DNA of 62,666 nucleotides, the filler included, from Pseudomonadota bacterium (GTDB lineage: Bacteria > Pseudomonadota > Alphaproteobacteria > Paracaedibacterales > CAIOTO01): NCBI GenBank assembly GCA_040387495.1. It is 4 parts of 3 records of this genome, joined end to end, with 100 filler letters (N's around TTAATTAATTAA, not from the genome) between each part and the next. Parts side by side here need not be neighbours in the genome. Positions count along the whole stretch, not along the records: positions 49,201 to 53,437 come from JAZKDQ010000019.1; positions 53,538 to 62,666 come from JAZKDQ010000020.1; 2 more parts are not named here. The stretch is one strand, 5' to 3'. The position numbers were made by a program, and so were the translations under genes. Positions within the stretch are counted from its first letter, which is position 1; each line of letters starts with the position of its first letter. The notes under the pieces are model-generated. The model was not told the origin of the DNA. It searched no databases and worked only from the letters and a program-made list of their open reading frames with translations. Positions 50,852 through 58,497 of this stretch are shown here, piece by piece.

Positions 50852-51949
50852 CTACACATTAAATCTAAAATTGAAAATATCACCGTCTTTTGCAACGTAT
50901 TCACGGCCTTCTTGGCGGAACTTGCCGGCTGCACGTGCGTTTGCTTCCCCATTGCATTCCATATAATCATCATAGGCCATAGTTTCGGCGCAGATGAATC
51001 CACGTTCAAAATCAGAGTGTATAACGCCGGCACATTGCGGTGCTTTCATGCCTTGTGTGATTGTCCACGCGCGCGCTTCTTTAGGACCAACGGTGAAGAA
51101 TGTTAGTAGGCCGAGTAATGCATAGCCTTCACGGATGATGCGCTTTAGGCCGGTTTCAGTAAGGCCGAGGCTTTCCAGGAATTCTGCTTGTTCCTCGATT
51201 GGTAATTGGGCCACTTCGGATTCAATTGCTGCGGATATAACAACGGCTTTAGCGCCAATGGTTTTTGCGTATTCAAAGACTTGGCTGGTAAAGGCATTGC
51301 CCGTTTCGGCTTCGGATTCGGCGACGTTGCATATATAAAGGATGGGTTTAGATGTCAGCAATTGTAGCTGGGCGAAGAGTGGCTCTTCGTCTTTTGTGAT
51401 TTTAGCGGCTGAAGCTGGTTTGCCTTCTTGTAAAAGCGGAAGCACTTTTTTAATCAGCTCGAGCGTGCCTTTGGCTTCTTGGTCATTGCTGCGGGCGCGT
51501 TTCTCAAGGCCATTGATGCGGCGCTCTAGACTTTCCATATCAGCAATCATGAGTTCAGTTTCAATGGTAGTTAAATCGCGGAGTGGGTTAACGCTGCCAT
51601 CAACGTGTGTAATATCATCGTCTTCGAAACAGCGAAGTACATGGAAGATTGCATCAACGGATCGGATGTGCCCTAAGAATTGGTTGCCGAGCCCTTCGCC
51701 CTTGCTGGCGCCGCGTACAAGACCGGCGATGTCAACAAGTTCGAGTTGAGTTGGGATGATTTTTTGGGATTTTGCGATGGCTGCGATTTTATCGAGACGA
51801 TCATCGGGGACGCCAATACGGCCAGTGTTCGGTTCGATTGTGCAAAAGGGGTAATTGGCCGCTTCGGCTGCAGCTGTTGCTGTGAGTGCGTTGAAGAGTG
51901 TTGATTTGCCAACGTTTGGTAGGCCGACGATGCCGCAGTTGAATCCCAT
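50852..51949 (-). CDS. ychF: Redox-regulated ATPase YchF
   Basis: MGFNCGIVGLPNVGKSTLFNALT, NYPFCTIEPN, DIAGLV, C-terminal FRFNV. Confidence 0.98.
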   Translation of the reverse strand: MGFNCGIVGLPNVGKSTLFNALTATAAAEAANYPFCTIEPNTGRIGVPDDRLDKIAAIAKSQKIIPTQLELVDIAGLVRGASKGEGLGNQFLGHIRSVDAIFHVLRCFEDDDITHVDGSVNPLRDLTTIETELMIADMESLERRINGLEKRARSNDQEAKGTLELIKKVLPLLQEGKPASAAKITKDEEPLFAQLQLLTSKPILYICNVAESEAETGNAFTSQVFEYAKTIGAKAVVISAAIESEVAQLPIEEQAEFLESLGLTETGLKRIIREGYALLGLLTFFTVGPKEARAWTITQGMKAPQCAGVIHSDFERGFICAETMAYDDYMECNGEANARAAGKFRQEGREYVAKDGDIFNFRFNV

Positions 51950-52040
51950 GGTGATGTTTTCTTTCTTAATACTATAACAAGAATTTTGAGTAATCTTTCG
52001 CTGCCCATCATGCCCTATTTTGTATGCGGAAATCAAAAAT

Positions 52041-52070
52041 AAAAAAGGGCAACTCAAAAAAGTCACCCTT
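52041..52070 (-). terminator. Probable terminator of the ubiquitin-motif gene
   Basis: AAGGG...CCCTT stem with an A-run on the + strand (T-run on the - strand). Confidence 0.5.
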
Positions 52071-52117
52071 GTTAGTTTTAGATGTTTGAACCAGCTCAGC
52101 GTTAATAATGAAAATTA

Positions 52118-52432
52118 TTAACCTTGCGTGCTTTCAGCATCATTTTTGGTGCTTGTCGATTCTCTTGCTTTTAACACTAAGTGAAGAGTGGATTCTTTTT
52201 GTTCATTATAATCAAGTGAAACTTGTGGCCCACACATGCCCTCGATCTTGTGAGGTTCAGGAGCAGGAGGAAGTGGTTCCGCGTAATTTGTTAGTCTCTT
52301 AGCCGCATAACTTGTTGGTCTATTATCATTTAACGTCTTAGTAATGATATTCTTTGTGTCATCATTTATCGTCGAAGCCATAGCTGCTGAAGCTAATGAA
52401 ATCGTAGCGAGCATTACGAGTTTTGTAATCAT
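52118..52432 (-). CDS. Small secreted protein containing a ubiquitin C-terminal-like segment
   Basis: ATG 52432 after AAGGA RBS. Signal peptide MITKLVMLATISLASAAMA. Contains DYNEQKESTLHLVL (ubiquitin 58-71 is DYNIQKESTLHLVL). Confidence 0.75.
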   Translation of the reverse strand: MITKLVMLATISLASAAMASTINDDTKNIITKTLNDNRPTSYAAKRLTNYAEPLPPAPEPHKIEGMCGPQVSLDYNEQKESTLHLVLKARESTSTKNDAESTQG

Positions 52433-52608
52433 GGTAAAATCCTTTTCAAGGGTAAGAATAAAAGCACAGGTTTTCGTTGCTATTCTTATATAGGAATGAT
52501 TTGAATATAAATCAAGAGTATTTCTCAAAAAGTTTAAAAATGATAGATAATTCACATTTTGAATGAATATTTTGGCTTAGGTTTTTTTCCATACTACCTG
52601 AACGATTT

Positions 52609-52718
52609 TCTTCTCCGGTCTTGAGCCGGGGATCTCAGATGTTTTGTAATAGTTTAACACCTAATTAGTGTATGCCTTTTAGTATTTTAGATCCTCGAGT
52701 TAAGCCCGGGGAAGACAC
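52609..52718. repeat. REP-like palindromic doublet (Rickettsia palindromic element style)
   Basis: 52609-52635 and 52689-52715 are imperfect inverted repeats (21/27), each self-palindromic, around an AT-rich spacer. Confidence 0.65.
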
Positions 52719-52792
52719 AAAATGAAGTGGTTTTTAAAAGTGCGGGCAGCATGGCTTCTTTCTGTTGAATTTTCTATGGGCTATTTTATTTT

Positions 52793-52821
52793 TTGACAAT
52801 TTTCGGTAAAAACGCTATAAA
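52793..52821 (+). promoter_or_regulatory. Sigma-70-type promoter
   Basis: TTGACA-N17-TATAAA. Confidence 0.6.
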
Positions 52822-52827
52822 TTAGAT

Positions 52828-52924
52828 ATAATACGACGTATTTTGACCACTGTTAGAAGGTGCATAAATCGGTCACACATATATAAGAACACAACAGGCG
52901 GCTCAGAGATGGGTCGCTTTTTTT
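52828..52924 (+). ncRNA. Candidate small non-coding RNA
   Basis: No ATG-initiated ORF in its body. Bounded by the promoter above and a terminator with a GAGA tetraloop (52896-52919) plus T-run. Confidence 0.45.
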
Positions 52925-52987
52925 GTGTTTAAAAACAGGAGAAAGGATATAGCTAAAAACAGTAAAAAACAGATTTATAGAAAATTA

Positions 52988-53382
52988 TAAACCGACCCCC
53001 TTTGTCTAGACTACTAAGCAGCTAATTGTAAGGAGAGCTTCCTTTCATTTCTAGAGTGTCTAAAGTTCTTTTTTGTGGTGGTTGTGTTGATAAAACTGTG
53101 CGTAAACTCACTTGAGTTTTCCACATTTTTATTAACAACTAAGAAGGCTTCTTTTGATGCCATTTTTCTTCCGCTCATTACTTCATGCGGTCGGTTCTTA
53201 CCAAGAGAGCTATGACGTCGATCATAATTATACCAATCAATGTAGGTGGCCAGTGATTGCCTTGCTTCAGTAACAGAATCGTAGGTTTTTAAATAAACCT
53301 CTTCATATTTTAATGTGCGCCAAAAACGTTCAATAGGAATATTATCTAAGCAGCGCCCCTTACCATCCATACTAATCTTTAT
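52988..53382 (-). mobile_element. IS3-family remnant (3' part of OrfB transposase and right end)
   Basis: IKISMDGKGRCLDNIPIERFWRTLKYEEVYL...WYNYDRRHSSL. Terminal sequence TAGTCTAGACAAAGGGGGTCGGTTTA. Cut off at 53382 by the IS982-like end. Confidence 0.88.
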
Positions 53383-53437
53383 ACCTCAATTCGGGATTAA
53401 AAAATCAAACGAGATAGAAGGTTTTTTGGATTTAAGG
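53383..53437 (-). mobile_element. 3' end of an insertion sequence, probably IS982 family
   Basis: Reverse complement of 49201-49253. Encodes LKSKKPSISFDFLIPN*. Confidence 0.7.
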
Positions 53438-53537
53438 NNNNNNNNNNNNNNNNNNNNNNNNNNNNNNNNNNNNNNNNNNNNTTAATTAATTAANNNNNNN
53501 NNNNNNNNNNNNNNNNNNNNNNNNNNNNNNNNNNNNN
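53438..53537. other. Artificial contig-joining linker
   Basis: N44-TTAATTAATTAA-N44. Confidence 0.97.
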
Positions 53538-54330
53538 GCAGCAGCTTTATCCGCAGCAGCTTTATCCGCAGCAGCTTTGTCAGCGGCAGTTTTGTCAGCG
53601 GCAGTTTTGTCCGCAGCAGCTTTATCGGCAGCAGCTTTGTCAGCGGCGGCTTTATCCGCAGCAGCTTTATCCGCAGAAGCTTTGTCTGCAGCAGCTTTGT
53701 CAGCGGCAGTTTTGTCCGCAGCAGCTTTATCGGCAGCAGCTTTGTCAGAGGCAGCTTTGTCAGAGGCAGCTTTATCCGCAACAGCTCTTGCAGCGGCCTT
53801 TTGTGCTGCGGCAATACCAGTTGCAATTTTCTGGGCAATTGCTTGAGCTGCTGCAACAGCTGCAATTCGATCATTTTCTGCCTTTTGTGCTGCTGCAAGA
53901 TCAGCTGCTATTTTGTCTGCTGCCACTTTATCGCTGGCTGCCTTTTGCGCTGCTGCTTGAGCTGCTGCGGCGGCTGCAATCCGATCGGATTCTGCCTTTT
54001 GTGCTGCTGCAAGATCAGCTGCTATTTTGTCTGCTGCCGCTTTATCGCTGGCTGCTTTTTGCGCTGCTGCTTGAGCTGCTGCAACAGCTGCAATTCGATT
54101 ATTTTCTGCCTTTTGTGCTGCAAGATCGGCAGCAGCTTTATCGGCTGCTCTTGCTTTTGCATTCTCTGCCGCAATTCTTTCAGTTTCAGCTTTTTGAGAC
54201 GATGCAAGTTCTGCCAGTGCTTTTTGTGCTGCAGCCTTATCTGCTGCACGCGCTGCGGCTTCTTCTGCTGCAATTCTGTTTGTTTCAGCTTTTTGCGCAG
54301 CAGCAAGATCGCCTATTGCCTTTTGTGCCT
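53538..54330 (-). repeat. Hierarchical coding repeats in the VgrG tail
   Basis: About 16 15-bp units (AAADK-type) at 53538-53781 and five DLAAAQKAE..RIAA blocks, the last ones with a 114-bp period (53881 vs 53995). Confidence 0.92.
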
Positions 54331-56386
54331 CAGCCCTGTCTACTGCTCTTTCTGCTGCCTCTATTGCCTCTTCTTCTGCTTCAGCTTTATCGGCTTCAGC
54401 CTTTTGCATTGCTGCGAGCAATGCAGCCTGAGCTGCACTTGCGGCAACATAAGCAGAGTCCATTGGGAAAGTTGGTAATTTGCCTGGAAAATCAACGGTA
54501 ACGAGCATACCACCACTAATATCAACTTTATTGGGTGCTGCAATGTTGATGCTGTTGTGTGCATTTAGATTAATGTTGTTTCCTGATAAATTAAGTGTGC
54601 CACCTGCTGCGATTGAAATGTCGCCAGCTGCTTGAATCGTTAAGCCACCATTTTCAAGATTGATAATATAATCACCAGCTCTGAGTGTAAGGGCTTTATT
54701 CCCTTGGGCAACCATTGTATTCACGTTTCCATGTGCAAGTGTTGTCGTGCAATCTCCATCTGTTAATGTTAATGCGTAATTCCCTGCAACAGCGACATCC
54801 ATGTCTTTTGCAGCTTTTACGCTTATTTTTTCTTTACCTTTTGCATCATCGATACTTAGTTCATTATAGCAGCCATTTTTGCGTGTTGAATTTGTTTTAA
54901 AAGCACTTTTAGTGGGGTTCGTCACAACAGAATTTGGCGGACTATTGTCAGCGTTGTATACACAGCCTATAACAAGCGGCATGTCGGGATTACCATCTAT
55001 GAATGTAACAATTACTTCCATACCTACACGTGGAATGACTAGTCCGCCCCACCCAGCGCTTGCCCAGTTTTGTGAAACGCGTACCCAGCAAGAACTATTT
55101 GTATCAAATGTTCCACGTGTATCCCAGTGGAATTGAACTTTAATACGTCCTAGATTATCACAATAAACTTCTTCACCTGCTGGTCCGACAACAACAGCTG
55201 TTTGATTACTGTGGATTTTTGGCTTCTTGGTTTTTCGGATAGGAGTAAAAATAATATTATTTGGTATAGCTGAAAAATTATTATCATAGATAGTTTGTAA
55301 GAGTGTGCTACTACGTGGATTTTGTAAGAAATTTATTCTGCCATCTGAATGGTTATCATTTTTACTATTACTTTGCTTTTCATGCGTGGGGATACGTGTG
55401 ATTTGATGTGTGATCGCGTAAATAAAATAAGTAATATTGGCATCATCACTTGGATGTTCAGTAAGAGTAAATATTGAGGCCTCACTTAATAGAGGCGCCG
55501 TTGATTTTCCAAAAATTGTGTTTTTTGGCCATTCAATTTCATTAATACGTACAGATGCAACATGTTCACTTGTTTTTAAATTATGAAAGGATGCTGGATA
55601 TTCATAAATTGTGCCACCAATACCATCTCCACTGACGGAGGATCGTAGTGGCATAGAGGGTGCCATATAGTTGTAATTTGAAGCTTTATAGTTACTTGCA
55701 ACCACGTTATGTTGACGTCTTAAAAATGTAACTTGGTTCATAGATGGTGTGTCACTTAAGACAGATTGACTCATAGGTAAGTCTTTGTAAGCCTTATTTC
55801 CATCATTATTTTGATCCATAAGAATCATTGTGTGCTGACCAAACAGATGCGCAAAGGAATAGCCTATTCCTTCCTCTTCCATCAAACGAGAGATGAAATC
55901 AAAACAGCTTTCATCGTATTGGACGCAGAACTCACGTTTGCTTTTTCCCATGTTGGATGTACGATTATCAATTTGTGTAACGCCATTTTCTTGCAGAACA
56001 TGTGTGATTATATCGCTGACATATTGATTCTGAAAAATACGATAATCTTTAGTGAATGTTAGAAGCCATAGTTTTGGATGAAGGTGTAGTTCGTAAAAAA
56101 CATACAATAGACCATCACTTCCTTCGCGTGTCTCTAGCTGATCAATGCATCCAATTATGCCGCTGAAGTTACGCGTTTTTCCATCAAGCGTCAGTGATAA
56201 TGAAGCTTCTGTGCCTAAGAGTTTATCGCATTTAATTTCTTTGTTAAGAGAGTGAACGGTGAGCTTATAGAGAAACGGTTTTGAAATTTCTTCCGTGCCA
56301 TCCATGGAATCAATGATGAGAACGTCATGCCCTAAAATGCAGGAAAAGTTTAATGATATATCATTAGAAGAAAGCACTTTTTGCAC
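53538..56386 (-). CDS. vgrG: Type VI secretion tip protein VgrG with Ala-rich repeat extension (3' end missing at contig edge)
   Basis: REFCVQYDES, FISRLMEEEGI, GRIKVQFHWD, SCWVRVSQNWA, PRVGMEVIVTFIDGNPD.PLVIGCVYN and gp5-like beta-helix repeats. Confidence 0.93.
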
Positions 56387-56402
56387 GTTAACTCGATTTT
56401 AA
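56387..56402. promoter_or_regulatory. CtrA-box-like site at the vgrG start
   Basis: Minus strand TTAA-AATCGAG-TTAAC directly before the GTG start. Confidence 0.35.
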
Positions 56403-56497
56403 TAAATTTTATGCTAAACTAATATTATTGTGGCGGTATTTTTTTCAAATGTCGATAAGATGGTTGGATATTACTTCAAAAAGAATGATGGTATGTG

Positions 56498-57049
56498 ATG
56501 ACAAAATATCTATGTGTGTATTGCGGTGCTTCTGATCGCGCTGATCCAATCTATCGCCAATCAGCGATTGATATGGGGAAACTTATTGGTGAAAATCAGT
56601 TGGGCCTTGTCTATGGTGGTGGCCGTCTTGGTTTGATGGGGCTTGTGGCAGATGCAGCGCTGAATCATGGCGGGCGTGCTATAGGTTTTATTCCAGAACA
56701 TCTTGATGACCGCGAAGGTGCGCATCATGGACTTACGGAATTGCATATTGTTGATACGATGCATACACGAAAAATGCGTATGTCTGAACAAGCTGATATG
56801 TTTGTCATTTTGCCTGGCGGTTTTGGAACGCTTGATGAAATGTTCGAGATTTTAACATGGAAGCAGCTAAGCCTACATAAAAAACCAATTGTCATTGTCA
56901 ATATTAATGGATATTGGAATCCACTCATTGCTTTGATTAATAAAGTGGTTGATTCCTATTTTGCAAAAGATGAGCATCGTTATTTTGTAAAGGTTGTAAC
57001 AAGTGTCGAAGGCGTGTTAGACGTAGCACGCGAGTTAAAGGACGAGTGA
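56498..57049 (+). CDS. LOG family (TIGR00730) nucleotide phosphoribohydrolase
   Basis: LVYGGGRLGLMG, MHTRK, LPGGFGTLDE. Confidence 0.95.
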   Translation: MTKYLCVYCGASDRADPIYRQSAIDMGKLIGENQLGLVYGGGRLGLMGLVADAALNHGGRAIGFIPEHLDDREGAHHGLTELHIVDTMHTRKMRMSEQADMFVILPGGFGTLDEMFEILTWKQLSLHKKPIVIVNINGYWNPLIALINKVVDSYFAKDEHRYFVKVVTSVEGVLDVARELKDE

Positions 57050-57077
57050 AAATTCTAGATTAAACTTTTAACAGACA

Positions 57078-57134
57078 TTTTTTACCGATAAACAATAAAA
57101 AATAGTTGACATGCGTGATTTTTCGATTTAGATT
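57078..57134 (+). promoter_or_regulatory. Promoter and putative operator of the DUF2975-HTH operon
   Basis: TTGACA-N17-TAGATT (57106-57134), preceded by imperfect palindrome TTTTTTACCGATAAACAATAAAAAA. Confidence 0.5.
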
Positions 57135-57172
57135 GCCATTATTAAAAGCAATCTAATCGAAAGTTTATTTTC

Positions 57173-57739
57173 ATGCAACGTATCAAAACGATCAGCACAT
57201 ATATGTGCACTTTTTTAACCGTATTACTTATCGTTTACCCTGTTTTAATGATTTTGCAATGGTTGTTGATTGATTGGACACCCTTTAAAAAGCTTGTTAT
57301 TGAAGGTGTTTTTTTTACTCCAATTGAAACACCAGAGGGTATTGTTAATATTGGTAATATAGCTCTAAGTTCACTTGCAAAATGTATTGGAATTCTGACT
57401 TCGTTGATTTGTTATATGCCAATTGGTCTTGGACTTTTTCTTTTACGTAAGGTTTTTACAAATTATCAGCGTGGACAGATATTTGTTTTTGATAATGCGA
57501 AGGTATATCAAAAAATGGGGTGGTTATTTTTTTTAAATGCATTGGTATTCAAGCCACTTTCTGGACTAGGTATGATTTTTGCTGTAACTCTCTCAAATCC
57601 GCCAGGTCATCGCTATATAACGCTAAGCTTTGGCACTCCTAATTTAGAATCTATTTTTTGTGGAATTATTTTAATTATTATTTCATGGGTTATGATGGAA
57701 GGTCATCGCTTACAATCCGAACAAGAACTCACGATATAA
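57173..57739 (+). CDS. DUF2975 family membrane protein
   Basis: Four TM helices, FTNYQRGQIF, C-terminal EGHRLQSEQELTI. Confidence 0.85.
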   Translation: MQRIKTISTYMCTFLTVLLIVYPVLMILQWLLIDWTPFKKLVIEGVFFTPIETPEGIVNIGNIALSSLAKCIGILTSLICYMPIGLGLFLLRKVFTNYQRGQIFVFDNAKVYQKMGWLFFLNALVFKPLSGLGMIFAVTLSNPPGHRYITLSFGTPNLESIFCGIILIIISWVMMEGHRLQSEQELTI

Positions 57740-57750
57740 GGAGCAAAAGT

Positions 57751-57957
57751 ATGTCTATTATTGTGAATCTTGATGTGATGCTGGCTAAACGCAAAATGAA
57801 ATTACAAGACTTGGCCGAGTCTGTCGGTATAACAGCGCAGAATTTATCCGTTCTTAAAACAGGCAAAGCTAAGGCCATTCGTTTTTCAACGTTGGAGGCT
57901 ATTTGTAAGGAATTGGTCTGTCAACCAGGTGATATTTTGGAATTTGAGGGGGAATAA
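57751..57957 (+). CDS. XRE/YozG-like helix-turn-helix regulator
   Basis: MSIIVNLDVMLAKRKM...NLSVLKTGKAKAIRFSTLEAICKELVCQPGDIL. AGGAG RBS. Usual partner of DUF2975. Confidence 0.92.
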   Translation: MSIIVNLDVMLAKRKMKLQDLAESVGITAQNLSVLKTGKAKAIRFSTLEAICKELVCQPGDILEFEGE

Positions 57958-57959
57958 GA

Positions 57960-58457
57960 ATGAATAATTATTTTAATTATATTAAGTCTAAAATCACACA
58001 ATCTGAAATAAATATGATGCTGATCAGTATTGTTATCGCAACACTTGGTACGTTAACAAGTCATATTTTTATTCAAAAGGCGGTGACACCCCTGATCGAA
58101 AAAATGCAGCAAGAAATGACCGTTTCTGAAAGTTATTCCTTTTTGGTCATCTTTTGTGCTTATATAACTGCTTTTATACAAACATCTCTAACTGTCTTCT
58201 TATACTATAAAGCTGGGCACATTCTTAATATTAGAAACAAAACTCTAAGAATATTATTCCTAGCAGCCATTATACTAGAGCTTAAAGGAGCACTTATTCG
58301 TGAACCCTTTATGAATTTTATTTACAATGTTCAGTTAGGAATGAATAATCCCTTTTTGTTTTCGATTCTCTTACAATTAGATCGGTGGATACCTAATTTG
58401 TTTTTAAGTGCGTGCCTTGTTTATTTATGTCCATTGCAGTCAATAAAAACAAAATAA
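57960..58457 (+). CDS. Hypothetical membrane protein
   Basis: 165 aa, about four hydrophobic segments, translationally coupled to the HTH gene. Confidence 0.65.
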   Translation: MNNYFNYIKSKITQSEINMMLISIVIATLGTLTSHIFIQKAVTPLIEKMQQEMTVSESYSFLVIFCAYITAFIQTSLTVFLYYKAGHILNIRNKTLRILFLAAIILELKGALIREPFMNFIYNVQLGMNNPFLFSILLQLDRWIPNLFLSACLVYLCPLQSIKTK

Positions 58458-58497
58458 TATTCTCTTTCATCAAAAATCTTCGAATTAACTGTTTTCT

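Noticed and set aside
51950..52066. N-terminal extension of YchF in the ORF track
   Set aside because: The conserved start is MGFNCG at 51949, and the extension overlaps a terminator-like hairpin.
53538..53781. Regular short repeats considered as a CRISPR array
   Set aside because: Contiguous 15-bp coding repeats without unique spacers, and no cas genes in the window.
53482..54501. Several long alternative-frame ORFs (Leu/Cys-rich, repetitive)
   Set aside because: By-products of the low-complexity GCA/GCT repeat in the vgrG tail.
52118..56386. Ubiquitin-motif gene as VgrG cargo based on proximity
   Set aside because: They are on different contigs separated by an artificial linker, so proximity carries no information.
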